A stretch of 64,000 bases of DNA from a virus. Lineage: Duplodnaviria; Caudoviricetes. The notes under the pieces were generated by a model. The model worked only from the letters and a program-made list of their open reading frames with translations. It did no database searches and was not told the DNA's origin. The position numbers and the translations under genes are program-made. The stretch covers positions 1 through 64,000 of IMG/VR virus record IMGVR_UViG_2974541498_000001. The stretch is one strand, 5' to 3'. Below, one piece after another: positions 9,830 through 19,955 of this stretch (the first letter of the stretch is position 1; each line of letters begins with the position of its first letter).

Positions 9830-10334
9830 GGAAAATGAGGAAATATCTGGAGTTACCTTAGTCTTTGAGAACTGTGAAATCATGACTATTCCTTATAAAG
9901 ATCTTACTTGGTTACAAGTTGGCAATATAAATCAAAACATTGTTTTTAATGGAATTGCTAAGTATACTTCTTGTAATTTATTAGCAGAAAGTCTAGCAGT
10001 AAGTATTAAAAATAGTTTCCTGAAAGAGTATAGCAGGGATGAATTCTGGTTTGATGAAGAAATTACTAATAAAGACAGATTGCAAGAGAACGATATTACG
10101 AGCATATCCTTAATTGTTAATAAAAAAGGTGTTGTAGAAAAGAAATTAGAAAATTTGGATAAACCAGATCTGAATACTATTTCTAAAAATATCCTAGAAC
10201 AAGGTAAGAGTATTGACATCTATGTCCCTTGGGATGATTCAGACGATTATGTTAATTTTTATCAGAAATGTGAAGAAGGTACCGATGGATTTACTATTAG
10301 CATCAATAAGGAGAATTCTAATGAAAAAGATTGA
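9813..10334 (+). CDS. hypothetical protein
   Basis: RBS; 'LVFENCE' phage-protein motif. Confidence 0.75.
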   Translation: MKKLIKENEEISGVTLVFENCEIMTIPYKDLTWLQVGNINQNIVFNGIAKYTSCNLLAESLAVSIKNSFLKEYSRDEFWFDEEITNKDRLQENDITSISLIVNKKGVVEKKLENLDKPDLNTISKNILEQGKSIDIYVPWDDSDDYVNFYQKCEEGTDGFTISINKENSNEKD

Positions 10335-10779
10335 TATTTCTAAGCTTACTGAGAATGGCCTTTATCATGTTTACTATAAGCTAGTAGATAATAAAGTAAA
10401 TGAGATTCTATCTAAAAAAGATGGGGAGCTTACTTCCCAAGATATTATTGACTATCAGCATACACAATTTGAAGTGCTTCACATTGAAGATATCGCTAAT
10501 CCTGTTAAAGATATAAAAGTTGAAGAATTGCCCAAGGATATGCCTTTAGGGGACTATCTAGCTTTGTTGGATAAACATGAAGCAGATCTAGATAGATATG
10601 ATTGGTTTGAGGGGTTATTAGCGTGCTTTCCTACAGATGTTTTAACACATTTGGAACGTCTGTGGATTAATAAAGAAATTCCTGGTCTATCTGATAAGCA
10701 AGTATACTATTTAATTAAAAAGAAAGAAAGCCAACTAGCAGAGGAAGTAGCTTTTCTTAAAGAGTTTCTAAACAACTAA
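10321..10779 (+). CDS. hypothetical protein
   Basis: AAGGAG RBS before ATG10321. Confidence 0.7.
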   Translation: MKKIDISKLTENGLYHVYYKLVDNKVNEILSKKDGELTSQDIIDYQHTQFEVLHIEDIANPVKDIKVEELPKDMPLGDYLALLDKHEADLDRYDWFEGLLACFPTDVLTHLERLWINKEIPGLSDKQVYYLIKKKESQLAEEVAFLKEFLNN

Positions 10780-10792
10780 AGGGGGAAAGATA

Positions 10793-11056
10793 ATGAAATG
10801 TATTGACATAGAAGATGATTACTCTATCTATTGGTGGGTTATTCGGCATTTTAGGATTATGGATTTTCAAAGTAATAAAGAGATATTTAAAAAAGGGTAT
10901 ATTAAATTAGATAGTCCTTTAGGTTTAGTAAATAAGAATTTTAAATACTTTTCTAATAGTCGAATAGTCCCTTATGAACTTATCGTAAACTGTATGCTAG
11001 GAAATTATCCAAAAGGATATTTTATGCTAGACGAATATATGTATAAAGGGATATAA
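10793..11056 (+). CDS. hypothetical protein
   Basis: RBS. Confidence 0.7.
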   Translation: MKCIDIEDDYSIYWWVIRHFRIMDFQSNKEIFKKGYIKLDSPLGLVNKNFKYFSNSRIVPYELIVNCMLGNYPKGYFMLDEYMYKGI

Positions 11057-11070
11057 TAAGGGGATTAGTA

Positions 11071-11307
11071 ATGAAGTATAAAGAAGCTATAAGAATGGTT
11101 AATCAGGGATTTAAAGTATATAGACCTAATTGGAAGAATGCTTATATTTGCTTATCTGCATACCCAATGTTTTATGCGGATATACTTGTATCTAGTAGTA
11201 GTGGGGGATGTTTAACTGACGGGGTATGGTGTATTGGTAAGTTTCCTTATTGTCCGCTAAAAGAAGATAGAAAAGCAAACGATTGGGATTTTATTGTGGA
11301 GGCATAA
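11071..11307 (+). CDS. Tad2/DUF2829-like anti-defence sponge protein
   Basis: 'MKYKEAIRMVNQGFKVYRPNW...PYCPLKEDRKANDW' matches the family pattern. Confidence 0.6.
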   Translation: MKYKEAIRMVNQGFKVYRPNWKNAYICLSAYPMFYADILVSSSSGGCLTDGVWCIGKFPYCPLKEDRKANDWDFIVEA

Positions 11308-11308
11308 T

Positions 11309-11596
11309 ATGAAAGTTACTAATAAAAGCTATAATCATCACCCTTTAGAGTATCATGTTGGGGATATTATCGAGAGCGTTGGTGTTGAAGCGAATACGGG
11401 GAAAGAAGTCGTAACGCATTATTTAGTAATCAAAGTAGGATACAAATATGGATTATTATATATAGAGGGTAATGAGATGGCTACCTATCATCACAAATAC
11501 TATAAGCCATTCTTAACCAATACGTTAGAACAATTATACGATAAGGCTAATGATCCTGATGATATTCTAGTAGATGCCGAATTAGTCATTAAATAG
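11309..11596 (+). CDS. hypothetical protein (MKV..VGD..AEL paralog family)
   Basis: Similar to 11608, 27754 and 38413 products. Confidence 0.7.
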   Translation: MKVTNKSYNHHPLEYHVGDIIESVGVEANTGKEVVTHYLVIKVGYKYGLLYIEGNEMATYHHKYYKPFLTNTLEQLYDKANDPDDILVDAELVIK

Positions 11597-11607
11597 GAGG
11601 GTTAATA

Positions 11608-11853
11608 ATGAAAATTTTTGATAACACCAAAGGAGTTAAAGATAACTTTAAAGTGGGGGATATTGTAAAATCACAAGATGGGCATGTTTTCATGATTGCT
11701 AGTGATCCTGACTATAAATATAATCTAGTTTCTTTGGGTGATGGCTCTATGTCAGATTCTTGTAATAGTATTGGTGACTTGTTTGAAGAGGGCTATCTTG
11801 ATGAAACTGATAAGAAGGTTTCCGGATTTTTAACTGTTTCTGATTTTTTTTAA
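11608..11853 (+). CDS. hypothetical protein (same family)
   Basis: 'FKVGDIV'; AGGAGG RBS. Confidence 0.75.
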   Translation: MKIFDNTKGVKDNFKVGDIVKSQDGHVFMIASDPDYKYNLVSLGDGSMSDSCNSIGDLFEEGYLDETDKKVSGFLTVSDFF

Positions 11854-11876
11854 TATTGAAAGTGAGGATAAATAGT

Positions 11877-12200
11877 ATGGACGTAGAAGAAGCTTATTCA
11901 GAATTTGATAAAAAGTTTAAAGATAATGCAGATAAGGTTAATGGAGTTGACTTAGATAGCCTTATTAGACAGGTGCTAACCGAATGCTTTAATGAGGCAG
12001 TTCCGGAAGAAGGCAAATTAACCTTTAATGGTAGATTAAATCCGCTTTTACTAAGATTTATCAATTTCTATCCATTAGAAAAATCCTCTTATAAATTGAC
12101 GATTCGAAGAAATAGATTAGATATTCTTTATGGGGGTTATGTAATTTATATTGACATGGGTTTTGGAAATTATACTATTAAGGAAGCTACAGAAATTTAA
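11877..12200 (+). CDS. hypothetical protein
   Basis: GAGG RBS before ATG11877. Confidence 0.65.
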   Translation: MDVEEAYSEFDKKFKDNADKVNGVDLDSLIRQVLTECFNEAVPEEGKLTFNGRLNPLLLRFINFYPLEKSSYKLTIRRNRLDILYGGYVIYIDMGFGNYTIKEATEI

Positions 12201-12212
12201 GGGGGTTAATAT

Positions 12213-12458
12213 ATGATTGATGAAAGAGATATTAAATTGCGGGTCTTCAACTATCTCAATACGGATACTAAGCATAATAATACGATCGATACCGTCAAGT
12301 GGGGTAATAATATTGAAATAATTTGGCAAAAGGATACTTGCAATTATTTTTGGGCGTTCCTAACCTGTGAACCCATATCTTCTGATTTATTTAGTTTTAA
12401 GTTTGACAAAAATTTAGAAAAGTTTACTATGGAAGTAATAGGAGAGGATTATTTATGA
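12213..12458 (+). CDS. hypothetical protein
   Basis: RBS. Confidence 0.7.
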   Translation: MIDERDIKLRVFNYLNTDTKHNNTIDTVKWGNNIEIIWQKDTCNYFWAFLTCEPISSDLFSFKFDKNLEKFTMEVIGEDYL

Positions 12459-12937
12459 AAGAAAATAATATGACTTATGAAGAAGCATCTGGATTAATTA
12501 AATCTTTAGATCCAGAATATTATGTTATATATCCAAGGTATGCAGATGAAAAATATGACTTTCAAGTCTTCTATAATGACGAACGGATTTCCTATATCCC
12601 CATTAATAAAGAACAAACAATAGAGAGCAATTCAAACTTGTTAAAATTTGCTAAGGGATATACGCTTTGGATGATTTTAGCAAAGTTAGCTATTACTCCT
12701 TTAGAAAAACGAGGACTTATGCCTGTTACCTTATTCTACATTCATTTGTTTCCGGGAGATAAAGGGTATCTAAATTATAATCCGGTTACTAATACGATTG
12801 TACTTGAAAAGAAGCACTATGTTTGTCAATTTGTATCTAAATTTGTAGAGGATGACTATAATAGGTTACAAGAAGATTTTAGCCAATATTTACCTAAATT
12901 TGATAAAGATGACCCTCGATTTGAAATTGTTAACTAG
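12455..12937 (+). CDS. hypothetical protein (LA.TP..KR paralog family)
   Basis: Similar to 13392 and 29774 products. Confidence 0.75.
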   Translation: MKENNMTYEEASGLIKSLDPEYYVIYPRYADEKYDFQVFYNDERISYIPINKEQTIESNSNLLKFAKGYTLWMILAKLAITPLEKRGLMPVTLFYIHLFPGDKGYLNYNPVTNTIVLEKKHYVCQFVSKFVEDDYNRLQEDFSQYLPKFDKDDPRFEIVN

Positions 12938-12951
12938 TATCATGGAAGGGA

Positions 12952-13377
12952 TTGATAAAGATGAGTATATCGTTTAATCAATTTAAAGCTATAATTTTAG
13001 ATAAGGAAAAGTTTAGAACAGGTCTAATTAATATATTAAAAGAGACTGAGTCGGATAGAAATTTTGATAGAGAAGATAAGGGTATTCCTTTAGTTAAATT
13101 TGATGGATATGATGATGGTTACTATTGGGATTATACTCTCGTTGGACTTAATCCTGATGAAAAAACTTTAACAGTTACTTTCAGTATTGGATCAGGTAGT
13201 GGATATATCCCTATGAACTGCACAGAATATAAGGTAAGTATTGAAGATTTCCGACAATATCTTATTAATAGGAAATGGAAAAATCAGGATATAGATACTA
13301 TAGAAATTCTAGCTAGTTGTATTAATGAAATCCAAGGTTCCCAGATTGTATCAGAAGAACATGATGATTATGAATGA
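12952..13377 (+). CDS. hypothetical protein
   Basis: ORF track; RBS. Confidence 0.7.
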   Translation: MIKMSISFNQFKAIILDKEKFRTGLINILKETESDRNFDREDKGIPLVKFDGYDDGYYWDYTLVGLNPDEKTLTVTFSIGSGSGYIPMNCTEYKVSIEDFRQYLINRKWKNQDIDTIEILASCINEIQGSQIVSEEHDDYE

Positions 13378-13391
13378 AGGGAAGTTTTAAT

Positions 13392-13778
13392 ATGAAATAT
13401 TCAGAAGTTACTAAATTGATTAAATCCTATGATGAAAAGTATTTTACAAAAATTGATAGTAAATATTTCTACGTTAGATATAAGACATCTGCTATTACAT
13501 TTGCAGAAGTAGCACAGGTTGATATAGAACATCCTTACATTCTGAATACGAGAATAAAATTTACTGAATTTCCTAGATATGAAGATGTTTGGAAGGCTTT
13601 ATCTCTATTAGCTATTACTGATATTAAAGACCGCTTAGAAGAAATTAATATGGAAGACTTAGCTTTAAGTGACTATCTATTTACAAAGGAATTATATGAA
13701 CAACTTATAGAAGTATCACAGGGTAGCTATCTTTCGGTAACCAAGGCTAATGTTATTAGGAGAGATAACAATGATTAG
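13392..13778 (+). CDS. hypothetical protein (LA.TP..KR family)
   Basis: 'MKYSEVTKLIKSYDEKYF...LLAITDIKDR'. Confidence 0.7.
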   Translation: MKYSEVTKLIKSYDEKYFTKIDSKYFYVRYKTSAITFAEVAQVDIEHPYILNTRIKFTEFPRYEDVWKALSLLAITDIKDRLEEINMEDLALSDYLFTKELYEQLIEVSQGSYLSVTKANVIRRDNND

Positions 13779-13953
13779 ATACTTATATTATGGAATTTAT
13801 TATATTTTATACGCGTTGTTTCTATTATTAGTGGGTACTATTGGATTAGTTATTATGATCCCACTATATCATCATTGGAATAAAGGTAAGACTTGGTGGG
13901 AATCTACAAAGAAGGCTATCTATTATATTTGGTGGGGTAACTACGATCTTTAA
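13771..13953 (+). CDS. small membrane protein
   Basis: AGGAG RBS; one TM helix. Confidence 0.7.
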   Translation: MIRYLYYGIYYILYALFLLLVGTIGLVIMIPLYHHWNKGKTWWESTKKAIYYIWWGNYDL

Positions 13954-13965
13954 CAGGAGGATATT

Positions 13966-14226
13966 ATGAACATCGAAAACTATGAAATAGCAAAAAATGA
14001 TGAGGGGCATGTTTTAGTATCTTTTTATATTTATATACCCGATCATGATGGATTCCTTGTTTTTATTGCCGGTTCTAATAAGAATGGTGGTTGTGATATT
14101 TGGGGAGGTTATAAAGGTAATCTAGTTGAAGATTTAGACCAGCTATCTGTAGATTTAGGCTATAGTGATGATGAGTACAATCTAATAGACGATTTTATTA
14201 CGTGTCAAACCTCATTGGTATTATAA
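13966..14226 (+). CDS. hypothetical protein
   Basis: AGGAGG RBS. Confidence 0.75.
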   Translation: MNIENYEIAKNDEGHVLVSFYIYIPDHDGFLVFIAGSNKNGGCDIWGGYKGNLVEDLDQLSVDLGYSDDEYNLIDDFITCQTSLVL

Positions 14227-14418
14227 AATTTATATTTGGGGGAGATTAATATGAAAGCTAAACCCGTATAGTCGTTCCTAGTGAAGAGGAGATTCTGACG
14301 CTTTCACTTTCTGAATCAATTAATTTAATTAAGCTTGGTTGTTTAATCTAGTTATTTCTTTTAATTTTTTAGTTGTATTAGTAACGTTTTTCGCCATTAT
14401 TGTATAAAGGAGAATATT

Positions 14419-14619
14419 ATGAAATTATACGTTATTATGTTAAAGGGCTGTGATGAACCTGTTGGAATATTTAAAAATAGTCTTTATGCAAAACAAACGG
14501 TAGCTAACCTTAAAGACAAGTACGGAGATGATAAGGAATTTAAGATTATAGTATACCCATTAAAAAGTATGTTTGAGTGTGATATTCCATCATTATTAGC
14601 GCCTGTTTATATTTATTGA
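14419..14619 (+). CDS. hypothetical protein
   Basis: AAGGAG RBS. Confidence 0.7.
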   Translation: MKLYVIMLKGCDEPVGIFKNSLYAKQTVANLKDKYGDDKEFKIIVYPLKSMFECDIPSLLAPVYIY

Positions 14620-14630
14620 GGAGTAAGCTT

Positions 14631-15251
14631 ATGAAAAAAGACTATTATAGTGAGTATAAGAATGTTAAAGACTTTCTGAATAAAAATAATTATATATCAG
14701 CAGCTTCCATTTATCAGAATATTTTTGTTAAGGATAAACTTTATTATAGAGAGAGTAAATCAAAACCTAATCCAGATATTGACATGACACTAAGTGTTGG
14801 CTTAACATATCATTGCTTAACTTTATTTGGAAAGTTACTTGCCTTTATTGGGGTTGTTGGTATCTATTTTGGTGTCTATACTTTTATTATATTGACTTGT
14901 CTATTAACTTTTAATTTCAAAGAATTGTTTGATAAAGAAAACTATGAAGTTGAAATGGCAGAGGATCTTTGGCATCTAATATTTGTTGGAATGATGTATA
15001 GCCATAATACAATTGGTAATTGCTATAGCTTTGATATTCCTTATCCGGTTCCTTTTGATATGTATAGAAAGTATATTAGATATAGAGAGCATCTTAGGAA
15101 GTTCTACACTAAGAAGTCCCCAGATGAAAAGAAGATCATTAAAAAATTTCTGTATGGCGCAGATTATGTTGCTTTAAAACACTTTGGACTACTTAATGAC
15201 ACTTGGAAAAATAAAGGTAAGTATATGTTAAATAATAGAGAGGAGATATAG
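14631..15251 (+). CDS. membrane protein
   Basis: GAGGAG RBS; central hydrophobic stretch. Confidence 0.7.
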   Translation: MKKDYYSEYKNVKDFLNKNNYISAASIYQNIFVKDKLYYRESKSKPNPDIDMTLSVGLTYHCLTLFGKLLAFIGVVGIYFGVYTFIILTCLLTFNFKELFDKENYEVEMAEDLWHLIFVGMMYSHNTIGNCYSFDIPYPVPFDMYRKYIRYREHLRKFYTKKSPDEKKIIKKFLYGADYVALKHFGLLNDTWKNKGKYMLNNREEI

Positions 15252-15254
15252 ATT

Positions 15255-15527
15255 ATGGACAATGAAGAGTTTGACGAGCTTATGGAGGAGCTAGGAATAC
15301 CTAAGGATCACATTAAATCAGTTTATGTCTGCCCTTTTTGTTATGAAGATTGGCCAGATTCTATAGTAGAAAATGATGAGGGGGATTCTTTAATCTACTA
15401 TAAAGACTTAGATAAGAATCTAGTTGTTGACTTTAATACTCTTAAATATCCAGATACTCGAGACTTATACTCAATAACAGCAGGATTTAAAATTAATTAT
15501 TGCCCTATGTGTGGGAGAAAGCTTTAA
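15255..15527 (+). CDS. zinc-finger protein
   Basis: CPFC ... YCPMCGRKL. Confidence 0.75.
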   Translation: MDNEEFDELMEELGIPKDHIKSVYVCPFCYEDWPDSIVENDEGDSLIYYKDLDKNLVVDFNTLKYPDTRDLYSITAGFKINYCPMCGRKL

Positions 15528-16132
15528 TAACTTTTAAATAATCGTTATATGAAATAATACTGTATTAGGATATCTGTTTATAATTATATTCAGGTATCCT
15601 TTTTATTTGGGAAATATATGAGTCTGCTGGTAATATCTATAAAGGAATTCTATTAGTAGCCTATTAAGGGAAACTATACATATATAGAATGTTAGTAGTA
15701 ATTATAGAGAATTATATAAGGGGCTATTAGTAAGCCTACTAGGGGGAATACTTGGGTAATCCTTCTTCAGCTAATAACTACTAATAGATATTACAGTAAT
15801 AAGCCAATTAAGGAACGTTAGTAGCTATTCAATTATTCCCTAACTAAGGGATACTATTATCCCCTAACTAATAGATTAGTAACTATGCCTAGCGCCTGTG
15901 GGGGAGTCGGCCCCAAATAACCCAATATTTAACATGAGTACTCAAGTAGTCGCATAGTGTACCATATATCTATTACAATTCCACAATATCCCCCATAAAT
16001 AGGCATTTAATAGCCTGCTAATAGAAATGATATAATAGAATAAGAAAGCCTTTTATGAAACGAATAAAAACTTACTAGTAGTGAACTAGAAATCCTTCTT
16101 AGATTATCTTCTATTAATTGGTTATAAAATCA

Positions 16133-16647
16133 CATTTAAGCTACCTTAGAGCAATATCTCGGCATATAAATAGGATATTAGGGTATTTATACCAGAAGTA
16201 GATATAGTAGCCTAGAATAGACTTATATAGGGTTAAAATAGATATTGACTATAAAAGCCAAATATGGTAATTTATATATGAGGTGATAAGTATGAATAAG
16301 AAAGCGGGAATACTCCTATTAAAAGGCTACGAATTTATAGTAGAAAAAGAAGTCTATGATCTAGCCCTAGGCTTTGATGTTCCTTATAGTTATAAAATAA
16401 GGGTATATAATGCAGAACAGTTTATAGATAGTTTAGGTCTAGATTTAGAAAGCCTGCAATTAGAAGACTTACCAGTAGTAGCCTTAAAGAAGCTAAAGGA
16501 GTCTAATAAGGAATTAAAAGGGATCCGGCTAGTATAAATGATATAATAGGATATTAGATAATATATAAAGATAATGCATAGGGAGCCATTTAAGCTATCT
16601 CAGAGCAATATCTCGGCATATTAAAAGGCTATTAGGGTATTTATACC
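16133..16647 (+). repeat. two ~60-bp direct repeats (16133-16193 and 16587-16647)
   Basis: catttaagcta..agagcaatatctcggcatat..tattagggtatttatacc, each upstream of a promoter. Confidence 0.9.
16283..16537 (+). CDS. early protein, terminal-repeat paralog family
   Basis: Promoter and GAGGTG RBS; similar to 16780, 17745, 20982. Confidence 0.75.
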   Translation: MISMNKKAGILLLKGYEFIVEKEVYDLALGFDVPYSYKIRVYNAEQFIDSLGLDLESLQLEDLPVVALKKLKESNKELKGIRLV

Positions 16648-16779
16648 TAAAATGATTAAAACCGGCTAGATATTGCTTATATAGAAAAATTATATAATAG
16701 GATAGGCAAGTAGAAAATAAGGTATTGACAGCTCTATTATATAATGTTATAGTAGTTATATAGAAAAGGAGATAATGAT

Positions 16780-17112
16780 ATGGATTTTAAAAAAGAATTA
16801 GAGAATGATAGAGAGTATTATGAAAGTTTCTTATTAGGCTATCAAGTAGATCTAATTATTGGGGATGCATTAATTACTTATGAGATTAGTGATCCAGTAG
16901 AATTAATTATTAATCTAAAAATTGCTAAGGAAGACTTAATGCGCTTAGATAAGAAAAAGGTAATTGAATTAGTTGAAGAAAAGATGTATGATGTAAAAGG
17001 GAATGTAAAGGGAGCCAGATTGAACTGTATTAAGGTAGGCAATCCAGTAACTAAAGAAGATAAGAAGTTCTTAGAAGGATTAGGCATCCCCGTAGAAGAA
17101 TTAAAAGACTAA
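16780..17112 (+). CDS. early protein, terminal-repeat paralog family
   Basis: TTGACA promoter; AAGGAG RBS. Confidence 0.75.
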   Translation: MDFKKELENDREYYESFLLGYQVDLIIGDALITYEISDPVELIINLKIAKEDLMRLDKKKVIELVEEKMYDVKGNVKGARLNCIKVGNPVTKEDKKFLEGLGIPVEELKD

Positions 17113-17125
17113 GGAGGAAATAGCA

Positions 17126-17506
17126 ATGGAACTAGTATTAAATAAAGAAAACTATAAGTTATATCTATTAAAGGCATATCAACGGGTAAGAGTATGTAAG
17201 AATTTACGAGTTAGTTATCCAACAGATCGGGATTATAAAATTACGATTAGTCGGGATAAAGAGGGAGTATTCTTTAAAGTATTAGAATATAATGCTTCTA
17301 GTGACCGCTATAATAAAGAAGTCATAATCTACCAATTAACTGACCAATATAACCATGAATTAGTAAGCCATTGTAAGGGATGCTATAATAAGCCAATGAT
17401 TAATCGAGCTATGAAATACTTAGAAGATCACCATAAGGAGGTATTCTTTAAGAAGTCTAATTTTGATATTGACGCCTTATTTAATACTAGTAGTGAGCTA
17501 GTCTAA
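17126..17506 (+). CDS. hypothetical early protein
   Basis: AAGGAGG RBS. Confidence 0.75.
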   Translation: MELVLNKENYKLYLLKAYQRVRVCKNLRVSYPTDRDYKITISRDKEGVFFKVLEYNASSDRYNKEVIIYQLTDQYNHELVSHCKGCYNKPMINRAMKYLEDHHKEVFFKKSNFDIDALFNTSSELV

Positions 17507-17744
17507 AAGCATGCTTATTAGAAATTTAAAAGAGTAAAAAATAAAGCATGCTTTTAGAAGGAGAATCATCCCTAGTAGTGAACTAGAAAAGGTATACCAA
17601 TTATTTTATAAAAAGAAATTATTTTTAAACTTCTCCAGAGGAATATGAATGAAGAATCCTATTATATCAACCTTTATAAAATAGGGTAAAAATAAGATAT
17701 ATTGGAAATAATGGGTATACCAATTAAATAAAGGAGGAATATTT

Positions 17745-17996
17745 ATGGAATTAGAAAAAGCTATTACTTACTTACAGGGACAAACTTTTAAAATTAATTG
17801 TGTAATCTATTCAGAATTAGTTGGTACAGAAGTACTTGCAGATTACTTGGTGGTAGTAACGAATGCTTTAGCTTTATTAGAAGACCTAAATATTACTCCG
17901 CGATTAGATGATATTAATAGCTATAATGACTTATACGCGATAGTAAGTAATGCGATAAAAACCCATTCTAATAATCGGATCAAGGGAATCAGCTAA
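17745..17996 (+). CDS. early protein, terminal-repeat paralog family
   Basis: AAGGAGG RBS. Confidence 0.75.
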   Translation: MELEKAITYLQGQTFKINCVIYSELVGTEVLADYLVVVTNALALLEDLNITPRLDDINSYNDLYAIVSNAIKTHSNNRIKGIS

Positions 17997-18566
17997 TTTA
18001 CTAATAAGAATAAACATCCCTAGTAGTGAACTAGAAAAGTAAGAGCATTCTATTGAAAGTGATAGAGTGCTTTTTTAATACTAGTAGTGAACTAGAAATT
18101 CTCCTAGTAGTGAACTAGAAAAGCCTCCTAGTAGTGAACTAGAAAACTTTTCTCAAAAAGGAAGTATATTAGGAGGTAAATAAAGGATACCATAAAAGAC
18201 AATAAAAGTCAAGTATTAATTTTAATGATCGTCTATGGTTCTATAATAGAAGAAAGATAATAAAAAACAGCTATACCAATTATTTTATAGTAACTTATTA
18301 CCGGTAAAAAATTAGAATAATAAGTGGAATAAAAGCCGGTATTATAGTATTCTTCTATTTTACGAAGCTATAAACCGCTAATAAACCAATTCAATATAAA
18401 AGCGACATTTATAAAATTAGGGTTGCTTATTCTAGTATATAATGATATGATAATAACAGTTAAGAAAGAGGGAATACAGCAATTAAAAATAATTAAAATT
18501 AACGTTTGACAATCCTATTATATAATGTTAAGATATAAGCATAGATAAGGAAAGGGAGTTTATAAA

Positions 18567-18818
18567 ATGACTGATAAAAAGGTAGCAACATATGTATTTG
18601 TTTCAAAGATTTATGGGGCACAACAATATGTGTCTGTCAACGAAGAGGCAGAAGCATATATGATTGGGAATATTCAAGCCACGGGTTTTAATACAGAAAA
18701 CCGGGTATCCATTAAATTGAAAGAACTTAAGCGGCTAATTCGCTATTATGAAAATAGAGGCTTTACCAAGTATGATGATGAAGCTACAGAAGAAACTAGA
18801 GCTATCTTTCAATACTAG
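18567..18818 (+). CDS. hypothetical early protein
   Basis: Promoter and ATAGATAAG leader. Confidence 0.8.
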   Translation: MTDKKVATYVFVSKIYGAQQYVSVNEEAEAYMIGNIQATGFNTENRVSIKLKELKRLIRYYENRGFTKYDDEATEETRAIFQY

Positions 18819-18831
18819 GAGGTAAACTATT

Positions 18832-19320
18832 ATGGCAATTATTGATTTATTGCATCCCGTTTATATTGAATTAACCGGGTACACGTATAAACAACCATCC
18901 AATTATGGGCTATTGCGGGCACTATATAGCTATAAAAAAGACTTAAACACTTTGGCAATTGATACGGATAAAAGTATTCTATTCAACAAAAAAATTAAAA
19001 CTATGACATGGGATTTAAAGCTGGCAACTAGGGAGAACTATAAACCACTTTATTATGAAAGTATGCCGGGGTTAAGTGATGAAAAAGTTAGTCGGTATCT
19101 ATTAGAACATAAGAAAGAATTAGGAAAAGGGGTATTTAGTGATTTAAGGGTATTGGATAAAGCTTTGAGTATTTCTAGGACTACTCTTGATTATATTGTT
19201 CCTGATTATTCTAAACGAAGCTTTAAGCCGGGTAATACCGGGGATTTAATTGGGGGGTATTTGATTGGTTCTTACTTTGGTTCGGATGGCTTCGACTATA
19301 ATCCAGATTGGGGAAATTAA
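18832..19320 (+). CDS. hypothetical early protein
   Basis: AGGAGGT RBS. Confidence 0.8.
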   Translation: MAIIDLLHPVYIELTGYTYKQPSNYGLLRALYSYKKDLNTLAIDTDKSILFNKKIKTMTWDLKLATRENYKPLYYESMPGLSDEKVSRYLLEHKKELGKGVFSDLRVLDKALSISRTTLDYIVPDYSKRSFKPGNTGDLIGGYLIGSYFGSDGFDYNPDWGN

Positions 19321-19384
19321 TCCTTTACAATCATATAATAGTATGATATTATTAAAACATAGATAAGGAAAGGAAGTTTTAGAA

Positions 19385-19666
19385 ATGAAGTTAGAAATTG
19401 ATAATACTGTATCTGGTAATGAGGTTTATACTAAAAAGACCCCGGAAAGCTTACCATTATATTTGGGCACTATGAAATTAATTGATGGGATCTGGAATTT
19501 AGTTAGTGCTAATGCTGATGGAAATATTGTGACAGTTGAATATGATAGCACAGCGGTGGAAACATTAAACATGTTAAATTACGAACTCAAGCTCCTTAGT
19601 TTGGAAGACGTTAAGAAACTAAACGATTTTAATATTAAGAATATTGGCAAGATTATTTCTTTCTAA
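19385..19666 (+). CDS. hypothetical early protein
   Basis: Promoter and leader. Confidence 0.8.
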   Translation: MKLEIDNTVSGNEVYTKKTPESLPLYLGTMKLIDGIWNLVSANADGNIVTVEYDSTAVETLNMLNYELKLLSLEDVKKLNDFNIKNIGKIISF

Positions 19667-19734
19667 AAAACAGTTGACAATTAATAAAAAACGTTATATA
19701 ATAGGTTCATAGATAAGGAAAGGAAGTTTTAAAA

Positions 19735-19914
19735 ATGACAAACAAGCAAATGGATAAAAATGAATTGATGGATATTTTAGATAAAATGCAGGAAGCTATG
19801 GGGTCAGATGAATTACTTTTAGCAATTGTTAAGGCTTTGACTAGCAAGGATCTTCAAGAAACAATGGAATATATTAATCGTTGCTATGATTTAAATATTG
19901 AAGAATTACAGTAG
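19735..19914 (+). CDS. 59-aa acidic early protein (not in ORF track)
   Basis: TTGACA at 19674, leader/RBS, MTNKQMDKNELMDILDKMQE...; terminator follows. Confidence 0.8.
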   Translation: MTNKQMDKNELMDILDKMQEAMGSDELLLAIVKALTSKDLQETMEYINRCYDLNIEELQ

Positions 19915-19925
19915 AATAGAGGATA

Positions 19926-19955
19926 AAGGGGTGGCCTTAACTGGTCACCTTTTTT
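19926..19955 (+). terminator. rho-independent terminator
   Basis: aaggggtggcc-ttaact-ggtcaccttt then T-run. Confidence 0.8.

Larger units (their letters stand above)
16075..18145. repeat. dispersed 18-bp repeat CTAGTAGTGAACTAGAAA (6 exact copies, 1 variant)
   Basis: Exact at 16075, 17572, 18020, 18081, 18104, 18128; variant at 17487. Confidence 0.95.

Noticed and set aside
14251-14407. Frameshifted membrane-protein gene after RBS plus MKAKPV*
   Set aside because: Needs at least three lesions to restore; may be a decayed gene but cannot be supported
18020-18145. CRISPR mini-array
   Set aside because: The repeat is only 18 bp, gaps are 43, 5 and 6 bp, and no cas genes are present; reported as a binding-site repeat instead
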